A stretch of 64,000 nucleotides of DNA from Opitutia bacterium (GCA_003558065.1 PWMU01000050.1:11656-75655), one strand, 5' to 3'; positions 50,765-60,457 are shown, numbered from the stretch's first letter. A program made the numbers and translations. Notes: generated by a model from the sequence alone, not told the origin.

Positions 50765-51904
50765 TCAGCGTTTCGCTTCCTCCCGCTCAATAATATCCCA
50801 GGATTTTTCGATATAGAAACGGTAGTTCGCCAGCGGGGTTCCGTTCGGGATGCGGTGGTCGATGCCGAGTATGCAGCCGCCGGTGCGAACCATGGGCGGG
50901 ATCTTGTACTCCAGTTCCGCCGTGATGGCGGCTTGGTCCTTTCGCAGGACGTGCTTGTCGATGCCGCCCTGGAAGGCCAGGCGGGAGCCGTACTGTTCGC
51001 GGAGCTTCACAATGTCGTTGCCCCCGACGGGCTCCACGGGGCCCATCACGTTGAGGCCGGCCTCCAGAAAGCTTGGGATCAGTTTAGTCATGTCGCCGTC
51101 GGAGTCCTGGTAGAAGAGGCGGACCCCCCGGGCGCTCACGAGATCCCAGAGCCGGCGGTAATAGGGCACGATGTAGGCGTCCACCTGCTTCGGGCCGATC
51201 AGGGGACCGTTCTTTCCGGCCATGTCCTCGTGGATGTTGAGCTGGTCCACTGCAACTCGTGAAGTGACTCGGTCGAGGGTCCGGTGAGCGACGTCGCCGA
51301 TCGTTTCCAGCATCTCCCCGATCAGATCGGGCTGGGTGTAGAAGCTGATGCAGAGCTGTTCCTCGCCCATAAGCTGGCGAAGCTCGTCGAATCCGCCCGG
51401 AATCTTCGCCACAACGACCTTGCCCTCCTCGCGGGCGCGTTGGGCCGCAGCCTCCCAGCCTTCTTCGAATCGCTCTTCGGAAAAGGCATAGTGTTCCTTT
51501 ACCGCAAGCCAGGTGTCGCGGTCCTTGACCGGGTGATCCATCGGCAGCGGAAGGGTGGAGGCCTTCTTGGACAGCTTCATCTTCCGCCCCATTTTGTCGA
51601 GGGCGATGACGTAGTCCGCGGTTTCCTCAAGGATGGTGGTTTCCGGCCCCCCGATCCAGCCGGTGTGGACCGGGACCGAGGCCAGGATCGGGCTGCGGAA
51701 ACGAAACGCGGAAAAGTCCAGTTCCTCGGGGGTTGCGCCCTGTTGCGCCCATTCCTCCCGAAGGCCGGCAAGGGGGCCGAAGACTTCGGTAAAGAGCGTC
51801 CGCTGATTCCGGCGGAAGGTCATGTAATCGAGGTACTCCTCGCGCCGCACTCCCATGGTGCGTTTGATGGCCAGGGCGGCATGGGTTTCGCGAATGTCGT
51901 TCAT
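50765..51904 (-). CDS. Uroporphyrinogen-decarboxylase-family methyltransferase (MtaA/CmuA-like)
   Basis: 379 aa. The C-terminal GGCILGIDHRIPNGTP resembles the URO-D family GHGI motif. 4-nt overlap with the upstream activase gene. It is the last gene of the corrinoid operon. Confidence 0.6.
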   Translation of the reverse strand: MNDIRETHAALAIKRTMGVRREEYLDYMTFRRNQRTLFTEVFGPLAGLREEWAQQGATPEELDFSAFRFRSPILASVPVHTGWIGGPETTILEETADYVIALDKMGRKMKLSKKASTLPLPMDHPVKDRDTWLAVKEHYAFSEERFEEGWEAAAQRAREEGKVVVAKIPGGFDELRQLMGEEQLCISFYTQPDLIGEMLETIGDVAHRTLDRVTSRVAVDQLNIHEDMAGKNGPLIGPKQVDAYIVPYYRRLWDLVSARGVRLFYQDSDGDMTKLIPSFLEAGLNVMGPVEPVGGNDIVKLREQYGSRLAFQGGIDKHVLRKDQAAITAELEYKIPPMVRTGGCILGIDHRIPNGTPLANYRFYIEKSWDIIEREEAKR

Positions 51905-53466
51905 AGTTTTTCTGCTTTCTCGGGGGGTGATGCCCGCGAGGTTGCCGGTTTGCCCGGGAAGGTCATTTCTTCAACGAAAGTGTCCTGGAATCCCGGGTCC
52001 TGGCTGAGGGAGACGTGGACCACGCGTTTGCGAAGCGATTCGCAGGCCGATTCCGGATTTTCGGCGAAAAGGGAGATCTTGGCTCCCAGGAGAGCCGTGT
52101 TTCCCGAGGGGCGAAGCGCCTTGTCCGGGAAAGGCAGCAGCCCGATACGCAGGGCGCTGTCGAGACGAAGATAGTTGCCGAAGGCGCCCGCCATGAAGAC
52201 GTCGGTCAGGTTACGGGGGCGGATGTCGTTGGCGCGCATCAGGATCTTTGCCCCGGCCGCGATGGCGCCTTTGGCGAGCTGCAACTCGCGAATATCGCAC
52301 TGGTGGAGTTGCACGGGCGAAGAGAGAACCCAATTCTTTCCGCCGTGGGCGAAGCGGCCGTTGGGCAGAATCATGCCGAGATCGAGCCCCGCCGCCACCG
52401 CGTCCACCAGCCCGCTGCCGCAGATGCCGCGCGGGTCGACATCCCCGATCACACGGCAGCGCCAGGACTTCGCGCAGGGAACAACCTCCGCAATCGCGCC
52501 GGTGGACGCCCGCATTCCCATGGTGATGCGGGCCCCCTCGAAGGCGGGTCCCGCCGCTGTGGAGGCGCACACCATGCGGGAGCGATTGCCCACCACGACT
52601 TCGCCGTTTGTGCCGAGATCGAGAAAGACACCGGGCTTTTCGCGCCGGTCGAAACCCACCGCCAGCAGCCCCGCAAGGATGTCGCTGCCGACGAATCCTC
52701 CTATACACGGGAGAAAAACGACCGGGCAGCCGGCGGGGAGGCCGTTCCATCCCAGCCTTCCGGCGTCGAATCGCAGGGTGCCGGTGGCCTGCGTCTCGAA
52801 GGGGTAGCGCGAGAGCGGTTCCGTGTTGAGGCCGCCGAACAGGTGATGCATGGCGGTGTTTCCAACAAGGATCATCCGGTTGACGCGTTCCGCCTTTTCG
52901 GGGCCGGCTGCGGCAAGCAGATCCCTGACGAGTTCCGCAAGCTGTTTTCGGATGAGATTGGTGAGCGTGGTTCGGCCCTCAAATGTCATTGAGAATTCGA
53001 TACGACTCATAAGATCCGCGCCGAATCTGGCCTGGCGGTTGAGACCGCTTCGAACCGCGAGTACGTTGCCGTTTTCGAGGTCGACCAATTGGGCCACGAG
53101 GGTGGTGGTGCCGACATCGACCGCGATGCCGCATCCCGGGCGGGGAGAAAAAATGAAGTCGGTGTTGTCTCCCAGGACGGCGGCTTCCCATTGAGCCAGC
53201 TCGAGGGTCAGGTCGCTCTCGGCCCGGTGCCGGCAGGAGAGGCGCCAGCCGGCATTGACCCGGGAGTCGCCCAGGAGCCGGCGCTCCCCGGGGAACGCCG
53301 GCAGCCGTCCCTCCAGGACCCGGACACGGCAGCCTTTGCAGCGTCCCCGTCCGCCGCAGGGAAACTCGACGCCCTCCGCAAAAAGGGCATTGGCAAGCGG
53401 CGTGCCGGCGGGAACCGGAATGGTCTTGTCCAGTGGACGGAGCCGAATCAGAACGGAATTCTCCAT
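51901..53466 (-). CDS. Corrinoid reductive-activation enzyme (2Fe-2S ferredoxin domain + ASKHA/DUF4445 ATPase; RamA/RACE-like)
   Basis: ATG 53466 gives MENSVLIRLRPLDKTIPVPAGTPLANALFAEGVEFPCGGRGRCKGCRV (plant-type ferredoxin). GIAVDVGTTT...DLGTNGE are actin-fold phosphate motifs. Confidence 0.7.
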   Translation of the reverse strand: MENSVLIRLRPLDKTIPVPAGTPLANALFAEGVEFPCGGRGRCKGCRVRVLEGRLPAFPGERRLLGDSRVNAGWRLSCRHRAESDLTLELAQWEAAVLGDNTDFIFSPRPGCGIAVDVGTTTLVAQLVDLENGNVLAVRSGLNRQARFGADLMSRIEFSMTFEGRTTLTNLIRKQLAELVRDLLAAAGPEKAERVNRMILVGNTAMHHLFGGLNTEPLSRYPFETQATGTLRFDAGRLGWNGLPAGCPVVFLPCIGGFVGSDILAGLLAVGFDRREKPGVFLDLGTNGEVVVGNRSRMVCASTAAGPAFEGARITMGMRASTGAIAEVVPCAKSWRCRVIGDVDPRGICGSGLVDAVAAGLDLGMILPNGRFAHGGKNWVLSSPVQLHQCDIRELQLAKGAIAAGAKILMRANDIRPRNLTDVFMAGAFGNYLRLDSALRIGLLPFPDKALRPSGNTALLGAKISLFAENPESACESLRKRVVHVSLSQDPGFQDTFVEEMTFPGKPATSRASPPEKAEKL

Positions 53467-53492
53467 AGGGCTTAAGCTGCGGGACTCCTTTC

Positions 53493-54869
53493 TCAGGTGA
53501 GGCCGTATTCTTCCGGTAGATACGCGTTCGCGGGTATTTCTCCGGCCATGGCTTCGCGCATTTCGGCTTCGGTTTCGGGCAACTCGGTGACGGCGGATTC
53601 CATGCGTCCCAGCCACCGGGCCTCCCGGGGGGTCAGGTTCAGTGCCGCTTTCCGGTGCGCCCGGTCAAGGATCCGCCAGCCCGCACGGGCCGCGCGGATC
53701 GTTCGTTCGTAGGTTGTGGCTCCCGTCAGGATCTCCTCCGAAATTTCCAGGACGATGTCGGGCCGCAGCACGTAGGCCTGCGGGTCGAGAGAAGCATCGG
53801 ACGAGGCCAGCCAATCGCGCAGCGAGCGCGCGGCCTCCGGGGAGTCGTCCAAGGCGGCGTTGGCCAGCCGGCAATCATAGGCGAGCTGTTCCATGGATAC
53901 CACCGGTGCGTAACCGCTGAGCAGCCGAACATTGGCTACGGATTCGTTCGACCAGCAGTCGCAGACAGCTTGCGCGATGTTGCCGAGCGGGCTGGAGTGC
54001 GCGCAGGCGGACGAGCGGCCTTCCATCGAAATGGGAACCCCGGCGATGGCCTTCAGGAAGGGGCCTTCGTAGGCGCAGTCCTTGCTCGGCCCGCGGGCCC
54101 CCGTTTCAAAGGCGACCAGGCTTCGGGGAACGGAAATCACCCGTACCAATGCGGCGAATACCTTCGGGATCATCCCTTTCCACGCGAGCGTCATGGCCGT
54201 ATTGGCAAAGCCGCACGCCGTGTCCCCTGAAGGCACGACGTCCGTATTCCGGCAGCTCCGGACGATCTGTTCCCAGAGAAAGCCCATGTCGCGCGCGCCG
54301 AGAACCCCCAGGGCGAAAACGACGCGGCGGAGGTCCGCATTGACCAGGGCGTCATCACAGACCTCCTTGCCGCCCGTCGATTCAATGGCCAGAAGATCGG
54401 CGCCCGCCCGCCCGGCGCCGTCGAAGAAACGCACCATTTGCTCCCAGTGCTCGCCCCGGCGCATGAGCGGCGGCCGCCGGAATTCACGGGTGTCGTTGGG
54501 AGTGACCCGCAACGCCGTGGCGAGGCCGTGCCGATCGCTGAAGGCGGCGCAGTTCTCGGCGAGGATCCGGGTGATTTCCAGCCCCCATTCCGGAGTCTGC
54601 GTCATCGGCGGAAGCGTTTCGAACTCGACCACCACCGCGGGAACTTCCAGTTCGACCGCGTGGCGCAAAACGCCCCGGACCATCTCCTCGTACTGCCGCC
54701 GGATTTCATCCCAGTTGCGCCGGGTGACCTCGATTCCGGGCAGAGTGAAGTTGATTTCCGGAATCATGCGCCCCCCGCCGATTTCCACGCCTCGGCCGCA
54801 GGTGACCGGATGCGGTGCCCGTCCGAAGAGGAACGCGTCCAGCGATTCGACTGCCGGCTTGGTATTCAT
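53493..54869 (-). CDS. mtaB: Methanol:corrinoid methyltransferase MtaB-family protein
   Basis: It is colinear with my memory of Methanosarcina MtaB: IPEINF, IESTGGKEV, SGDTACGFANTAM, ISVPRSLVAFETGARGPSKDCAYE, MEGRSSACAHS, CDCWSNESV, LAYDCRLAN, DPQAYVL. ATG 54869. Confidence 0.75.
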   Translation of the reverse strand: MNTKPAVESLDAFLFGRAPHPVTCGRGVEIGGGRMIPEINFTLPGIEVTRRNWDEIRRQYEEMVRGVLRHAVELEVPAVVVEFETLPPMTQTPEWGLEITRILAENCAAFSDRHGLATALRVTPNDTREFRRPPLMRRGEHWEQMVRFFDGAGRAGADLLAIESTGGKEVCDDALVNADLRRVVFALGVLGARDMGFLWEQIVRSCRNTDVVPSGDTACGFANTAMTLAWKGMIPKVFAALVRVISVPRSLVAFETGARGPSKDCAYEGPFLKAIAGVPISMEGRSSACAHSSPLGNIAQAVCDCWSNESVANVRLLSGYAPVVSMEQLAYDCRLANAALDDSPEAARSLRDWLASSDASLDPQAYVLRPDIVLEISEEILTGATTYERTIRAARAGWRILDRAHRKAALNLTPREARWLGRMESAVTELPETEAEMREAMAGEIPANAYLPEEYGLT

Positions 54870-54891
54870 TGACCCGGGTGCGGGCGGATCG

Positions 54892-55527
54892 CTACGAGGC
54901 GACCAGTTTCCGGGCGATGCCGACCGCCGTGGCGGCACTGTCTCCGTAGGAATCGGCGCCGATTTCTTCGGCGTATTCGCGGGTGATCGGCGCGCCGCCG
55001 ATCATAATCTTCACGTTGCCGCGCACACCGGCTTCGTTGAGGGCCTCGATGGTGTTCTTCATTGACGGCATCGTCGTGGTCAGGAGAGCGGACATCGCCA
55101 CGATATCCGCCGATTCGTCCCGAATGGCTTCGATGAATTTCTCCGCTGAGACGTCGACACCGAGGTCGATGACTTCGAATCCCCCGCCTTCAAGCATGGC
55201 CGCGACCAGGTTCTTGCCGATGTCGTGAAGGTCGCCCTTGACGGTTCCGAGTACGACGCGTCCCTTCGGTTTTACCCCGGACGCCGTTAACAGGGGCCGG
55301 ATCTTCCCCAGGGCGCCCTTCATGGCGCGTGCGGCGATGAGCAACTCGGGCACGAAGAAATCGTTGGCTTCAAAGCGGCGCCCAACCTCGTCCATCGCCG
55401 GGATCATGTAGTCGTTAACCAGTGTTTGCGGATCCGTGCCCGCAGCCAGGGCTTCGTCCGTGACCGACCGGGCGGTATCGGCGTCGCCGTTCAGGACGGC
55501 GTCGTAAAGTTTGGTCCATTCGCTCAT
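54892..55527 (-). CDS. mtaC: Corrinoid (B12-binding) protein, MtaC/MtbC-like
   Basis: AAGGAG then ATG 55527. B12-binding-2 cap domain, then GTVKGDLHDIGKNLV (DxHxxG), ...MSALLTTTM..., GGAP. Confidence 0.85.
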   Translation of the reverse strand: MSEWTKLYDAVLNGDADTARSVTDEALAAGTDPQTLVNDYMIPAMDEVGRRFEANDFFVPELLIAARAMKGALGKIRPLLTASGVKPKGRVVLGTVKGDLHDIGKNLVAAMLEGGGFEVIDLGVDVSAEKFIEAIRDESADIVAMSALLTTTMPSMKNTIEALNEAGVRGNVKIMIGGAPITREYAEEIGADSYGDSAATAVGIARKLVAS

Positions 55528-55830
55528 TGAGTTATCTCCTTTTTCTCCAGTGGTGGACGCGGGACGTGACAGGACTCCAACTCTACCGGGTCCGGCGCCG
55601 GGGGTCTGCGCGAGGATTGTCAACGAAAGCGCAGATGTTGTCCGGCGTGCCGGTAGCTCTGAAATATACTTCCCTGCATCAAGTTTTCGGATTCTCCTGC
55701 CGCCCGTCTTCTAATTCATTCCCCTCTTGAGAGGGGGGACCAGCCGCAAGGCTGGTGGGGCGTGTCCGTTGCGCCGGCGATACCCATCGTTCCATCGATC
55801 TACTCGCTATATTCGAGTACCAGTCGTTCC

Positions 55831-55861
55831 GGGAGTTTGTCGGGCTTCGCCGACAGGCTGC
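55831..55861. repeat. Short hairpin repeat, copy 2, abutting the stop codon of the HTTM gene
   Basis: gggagtttgtcgggcttcgccgacaggctgc. Stem CTGTCGG/CCGACAG with a GCTTCG loop. Confidence 0.55.
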
Positions 55862-56862
55862 TAGTGATCCGGCAGAGCGGCGGATTCGGGTTGGTTTTCC
55901 CGGGGAGGGCCGGTCTGCGGAATTCCTGTTTCGGCGTAGAGGGTTGAGGAGAACGAGGTCCAGTCCTGTTTGAAGGCGAAGCTTCGCTGCAGGCCCAGGT
56001 AGGCATTTGATTGGTCGACCACGCCGGAACGATCAGATTGGTCGAGCACACCGAAATGATCATTGATGTTGGCCGCGAGCATCAGGCAGAGGGCGAAACC
56101 GGCAAAGACGTGGCGGCAACGTTCGGCGCGTATGAAGGCGCGTGTGGGGAGTTCGTGGGATGGCGGGGGAGCGTAAAGGATTTCCGGGGCGATTCTTGAG
56201 TTGATGCGGAGTTTTCGTTCCCGTATCCGTTTCCTAATGTCGCTCACCTGCTTCCAGAACCGGGGCGGCAGGAGGGCGGCCAGCCCGGCCAGAACCGCCG
56301 CCGGCAGGAGACCGGGCTGAAAATTCAGGGCCTGGCCCGCCTGATACAGGGCGAAGGAAAAGAGGAGCAGGAACAGCTGGATCGAGAGTCCCGCGGTTGC
56401 GGGCGAGCAGTAAAGACTGCTGTCGTCCCGGGTGCGCACGCGCAGACGCAGGTCGAGCGACCAGCGTGCGCCCAGGGGGAGGAGCCATCCCCAAAACAGG
56501 AGAAGGAGCAAAAGCCGGTCCCCGGCGGTCAGGACCAGCCCGTTCTGCCAATTGAGGGAAACGAGAAGAATCCAGGAAACAAAGGCTGCCGTCCGGGTTC
56601 GCCAGCCGAAAATCAACAGTACGGCGAAAACCGCGGCCAGCCCCATCAGCGTCGTGCCGAGGAATCCGGAATCGTTCAGAATCGACAGTTGAAAATGCCA
56701 CGGCGAAACGGTCTGGACGGTTCCATCAATCACCGTACCCCTGTTGACAACCCGAAGCCCGCTCAGGCGAGCCAGCAGATCAGCCAGAAGAACGGTTCCC
56801 AGCAGAACACGAAAAAGGGCGAGGGATCTGAGATCCAGGCCGAAGACAGGGCGCAGGTTCAT
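55861..56862 (-). CDS. HTTM-domain (vitamin-K-carboxylase-like / SdpB-like) integral membrane protein
   Basis: LDLRSLALFRVLLGTVLLADLL opening typical of HTTM domains, with multiple TM segments. Confidence 0.55.
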   Translation of the reverse strand: MNLRPVFGLDLRSLALFRVLLGTVLLADLLARLSGLRVVNRGTVIDGTVQTVSPWHFQLSILNDSGFLGTTLMGLAAVFAVLLIFGWRTRTAAFVSWILLVSLNWQNGLVLTAGDRLLLLLLFWGWLLPLGARWSLDLRLRVRTRDDSSLYCSPATAGLSIQLFLLLFSFALYQAGQALNFQPGLLPAAVLAGLAALLPPRFWKQVSDIRKRIRERKLRINSRIAPEILYAPPPSHELPTRAFIRAERCRHVFAGFALCLMLAANINDHFGVLDQSDRSGVVDQSNAYLGLQRSFAFKQDWTSFSSTLYAETGIPQTGPPRENQPESAALPDH

Positions 56863-57108
56863 CCGGAGGCCGTTGGTTGGTGTTGGTGTGACGCCGCGCG
56901 GGGGAAGACAGCGTCGTGAGCCTCAAATATACCGAATAACAGGTGCTGAAGCCAAGCTTTGTTCGTATGCAAGTCGTTGATTTATAGTTTTTTTACTAAA
57001 ATCGCTTCCCTGCGGAAGCGCGTCCCCGTCAGCCTGCCGCCCTGACGGATCTGAACCGCTGCGCGGGGCGGGCCGAGGCGGCAACCCGGGGGTTTCGATT
57101 AAGACCAT

Positions 57109-58842
57109 TTGCAGGAATGGGGGGAACGGATTATTTTAGAAGCCGTGAGTGGACGACGACAGGAGAGAAACCGGGAGCCCGATAACCGACGCCGCGAGGA
57201 GGGGCCCGCCGACGCGCCGTTGAATCCCGAGGCGCGGCTCGAGCGGATGTCGGCGTTGCAGTTGATCGACCTGGTTTCCGGGCAGATGCGGGGGGCGGAA
57301 GCGGCGCCGCACCGGCCCTTGCGTCACCTCCGCTATCGCGTGCAGGAGCTCGAGGAGATTCGCGAACAGGCACAGGGTGCTTTGGCGGAGCTGAACGAGG
57401 CGGTGGAAAAGTTGCGCGCTCCGGCGTTGAGGCTGGGGACCTTGCTGCGGCGGATCGGCAGGGACCGGGCATTGATCTGCGTCGGCGGGGGTGAGTATGT
57501 CTGCAACCTTGACCCGTCGCTTCCCGAGGCGGTGCTGGAGAGCGGGATGCGGGTGCTCCTCAACGAAGCCTACGCGGTGACCGATTCCTTCGGCCTCGAC
57601 AAGAGCGGGCCGGTGGTCCGGTTGACCGAGGCGCTGTCCGACGGGCGCCTTCGGGTTGGCCAGGAGGCCGGAATATCGGATTCGGTGGTCATTCTCTCGG
57701 ACGCGTTGCGGAAGGAGACCTTGAAACCCGGCATGGAGTTGCGTCTCGACGCCAATCAGCGCGTGGCGGTCGAAATCGTCGCGCCGGCCCGAAAGTTCGA
57801 CCGGTCGCTGTCGACGGTCGAGCCGATTCTCTGGAGTGATATCGGGGGGCAGGATTCGGCGGTTCAGGCGATCCGCGATTCGATCGAGATGCCGATTCTG
57901 CACGCAAGCCTTTTCGAGCGTTTCGAGCACCCGGTACCCAAGGGCTTCCTGTTGTATGGACCGCCGGGATGCGGGAAAACCTTGTTGGGCAAGGCCACGG
58001 CTCATAACCTGCGCCGCCAGATCGAGGCCGAAACCGGCGAGGACCGGCCTGAATATTTCCTCAGCGTCAAGGGCCCCGAGATTCTCAACATGTGGGTCGG
58101 CGAATCGGAACGGCAGGTTCGCGAACTGTTTGGCCAGTGCCGGGAGAAGGCCGAAGAGGGGCACTTGGCGTTTCTCTTCATTGACGAGGCCGAGTCGGTT
58201 CTCGGCACCCGTCACGGGGGTCGCGTCGGGAACGCGATCATTTCGACGCTGGTACCGATGTTCTGTGCGGAGATGGACGGGATGGAAGCGTTGCGCAATG
58301 TCGTGGTGATCCTGGCGTCCAACCGGGCCGACCTCATCGACCCCGCCATCCTCCGTCCCGGCCGGATCGATCGCAAGATTCGCGTCCGTCGCCCGAACCG
58401 CGAGGCGGGCAGGGAAATTTACAGCATTTACCTGAACGAACGGCTTCCCGTGGCGGAAGAGCGCGACCGTCTAATCGAGGCGGTGACCGAAGCCCATTTT
58501 GCGGAGAGCGAGGAAAACCGCTTCCTCGAGGTCGGCTACCGAAGCGGACGCAAGGAATACCTTCACCGCGGCGATCTTGCAAGCGGCGCGATAATCGCCG
58601 CCATCGTGGAGCGGGCCAAGGAGCTGGCGATCAAGCGGAGCGTGCTTACCGGCTCGGAGTCGGGGATTACACGCGAGGATTTGCTGACCGCTTTCGAGCA
58701 CGAGTACCGCGAGAACGAACTTTTCCCCCCGACCGATATTACGGAGGACTGGCTCAAACTCACCGATTTCGATCCGGAGAACGTCGTGCGATTGACCCCT
58801 TACCGCCAGCGTAGCGACAGGGAACGGCAGACCTCGATATGA
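57109..58842 (+). CDS. mpa: Proteasome-associated AAA ATPase (Mpa/ARC homologue)
   Basis: Walker A LLYGPPGCGKTLLGKA, Walker B AFLFIDEAESV, ILRPGRIDRKIRV. N-terminal heptad segment LRYRVQELEEIREQAQGALAELNEAVEKLRAP, then an OB-like region, colinear with my memory of M. tuberculosis Mpa. The track start is TTG 57109. GTG 57145 or ATG 57247 are equally possible. Confidence 0.85.
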   Translation: MQEWGERIILEAVSGRRQERNREPDNRRREEGPADAPLNPEARLERMSALQLIDLVSGQMRGAEAAPHRPLRHLRYRVQELEEIREQAQGALAELNEAVEKLRAPALRLGTLLRRIGRDRALICVGGGEYVCNLDPSLPEAVLESGMRVLLNEAYAVTDSFGLDKSGPVVRLTEALSDGRLRVGQEAGISDSVVILSDALRKETLKPGMELRLDANQRVAVEIVAPARKFDRSLSTVEPILWSDIGGQDSAVQAIRDSIEMPILHASLFERFEHPVPKGFLLYGPPGCGKTLLGKATAHNLRRQIEAETGEDRPEYFLSVKGPEILNMWVGESERQVRELFGQCREKAEEGHLAFLFIDEAESVLGTRHGGRVGNAIISTLVPMFCAEMDGMEALRNVVVILASNRADLIDPAILRPGRIDRKIRVRRPNREAGREIYSIYLNERLPVAEERDRLIEAVTEAHFAESEENRFLEVGYRSGRKEYLHRGDLASGAIIAAIVERAKELAIKRSVLTGSESGITREDLLTAFEHEYRENELFPPTDITEDWLKLTDFDPENVVRLTPYRQRSDRERQTSI

Positions 58843-58912
58843 ACGCTTACAGTTTCGGGACGATTCTCACGGGTCGCCCGACAGAAGCTGGAGGCACGCT
58901 GATGGAGAAAAA

Positions 58913-60448
58913 GTGGAGATACAATTCGGTATAGAAACGGAGTACGGAATCAGCCGGCAGCAGGAGCAACCGATCGACGTGGTGGCCGAGTCCATCGCGC
59001 TGGTCCGGAGCGCCGTTTCGCCGGGCGTGCGCATGTGCTGGGACTACTCAAAGGAGGACCCGCATCTCGATATGCGCGGGTTCCGGGTCCAGGAATTGCG
59101 GCAGGACACCGACGAAACCTTTTATTCGGCCGAGGACGTACGGCGCCAGCTGACTTTCCGCGAGATCAAAAGCGACTTGGTGCTCTCGAACGGAGCCCGT
59201 TTCTACAACGATCATGCCCACCCGGAGTACTGCACCCCGGAATGCACCACGCCGCTTGAGATCCTCCAGCAGGAAGTGGTGGGTGAGCGCATACTGACGG
59301 GATGTGCCCTTGCCCTGCAGGAAAAGACCGGAGTGCCGGTTTTGCTTTATAAAAACAACACCGACTTTTTCGGGCACAGTTACGGCTGCCACGAGAATTA
59401 TTTGATCCCGAGAACCCTCCCTTGGGCGAAGCTCTCCGAGAATATTCTGGCATTCCTGGTTACCCGGCAGCTCTATTGCGGAGCGGGAAAATACGCATGG
59501 GAGGAAGAGGACCGGTTTCTCAAGGGAAGATTCCAGATTTCCCAGAGAAGCGATTTTTTCACAGTGCTCCAAAGTGTGGATACGATGCAGCGGCGGCCGC
59601 TGATCAATACGCGGGACGAACCCCACGCGGACGCCGGACGGTTTCGGCGTTTTCATGTTATCCTGGGCGACTCCAACCTCTCTCCGTACGCGGCCTACTT
59701 GAAGATTGGAGTGACCGCGCTGGTTCTGCAGGCTCTGTGCCGCGCCGGACCGGGAGCGCGGGTGCCGCGACTGGACAAACCGATCGATGCGGTGAAAGCG
59801 ATCTCTCGCGACACCGCTTTCCGCTGGGAGATCAACCGGGAGGACGGCCGCCCGACAAACGCGATCGAGGTCCAACGGAGTTACCTGATGCTGGTCCGCC
59901 GTTACCTGTTTGAGAGTGACGGCGAGGAATGGCGGCGCGTTACCGATGCCTGGGAGGAGATTCTGAATGATCTTGATGCCGATCCGCTGTCCACCGCGGA
60001 TCGCCTGGACTGGAGCGCCAAGTACCGGCTCATCGAGGACTTTCGCGACCGGGAAGGCGTCGAGTTGGACGATCCCTGGGTGCGGAGCCTCGACCTTGCC
60101 TACCACCGTCTGGATCCGGACGAGGGCCTTTACCTCAACCTGATGGACCAGGGGGCGTTTCGGCTGCCTTATTCCGCCGCAGAGATCTATGAAAAGGGGC
60201 TGGAGCCGCCGGCGAGCACCCGTGCGGCGGTACGGGGGCTTTGCGTGAAGAAGTTCGGCCCCCGGATTTATGAAACGCAGTGGGAGCACCTGGGGTTCCA
60301 GGGTGAAACCACCGGCCGCTTCATTCTCGATCTGCGCGACCTGTTTGCTCCGGGGGATATCGCGAAAGCGATTCGGTTTATTGAGGGCACCGAACGGGTC
60401 GACGATTTGAGAGCGCTTCCGTTTGCAAAAGAGCGAAATCGCGGTTAA
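58913..60448 (+). CDS. dop: Dop-like Pup-ligase-family enzyme (deamidase/depupylase homologue)
   Basis: GTG start, VEIQFGIETEYG. The insertion RMCWDYSKEDPHLDMRGFRV matches the Dop-specific loop (Mtb Dop RTRWDYEVESPLRDARGF, from memory). HAHPEYCTPEC, YKNNTD..GHSYGCHENY, FQISQRSDF, INTRDEPHAD. Confidence 0.85.
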   Translation: MEIQFGIETEYGISRQQEQPIDVVAESIALVRSAVSPGVRMCWDYSKEDPHLDMRGFRVQELRQDTDETFYSAEDVRRQLTFREIKSDLVLSNGARFYNDHAHPEYCTPECTTPLEILQQEVVGERILTGCALALQEKTGVPVLLYKNNTDFFGHSYGCHENYLIPRTLPWAKLSENILAFLVTRQLYCGAGKYAWEEEDRFLKGRFQISQRSDFFTVLQSVDTMQRRPLINTRDEPHADAGRFRRFHVILGDSNLSPYAAYLKIGVTALVLQALCRAGPGARVPRLDKPIDAVKAISRDTAFRWEINREDGRPTNAIEVQRSYLMLVRRYLFESDGEEWRRVTDAWEEILNDLDADPLSTADRLDWSAKYRLIEDFRDREGVELDDPWVRSLDLAYHRLDPDEGLYLNLMDQGAFRLPYSAAEIYEKGLEPPASTRAAVRGLCVKKFGPRIYETQWEHLGFQGETTGRFILDLRDLFAPGDIAKAIRFIEGTERVDDLRALPFAKERNRG

Positions 60449-60457
60449 ATTTTCTTT

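Noticed and set aside
55528-55700. Possible cobalamin riboswitch in the leader of the corrinoid-protein gene. Fragments include AGGGAAG, AATCC…GCGCAGACCCCCG and CCACCACTGG.
   Set aside because: The fragments do not have the consensus order or spacing as I remember it (AGGGAA…GGTGAAATCC…CCCGCCACTG within about 40 nt). A covariance-model scan (Rfam RF00174) would be decisive.
56920-57108. AT-rich patch (ttgatttatagtttttttactaaaat) upstream of the ATPase gene, considered as a sigma70 promoter.
   Set aside because: Candidate -35 and -10 hexamers have poor spacing (14 nt) or a poor -10 match. It may well be the promoter region, but I cannot define the elements.
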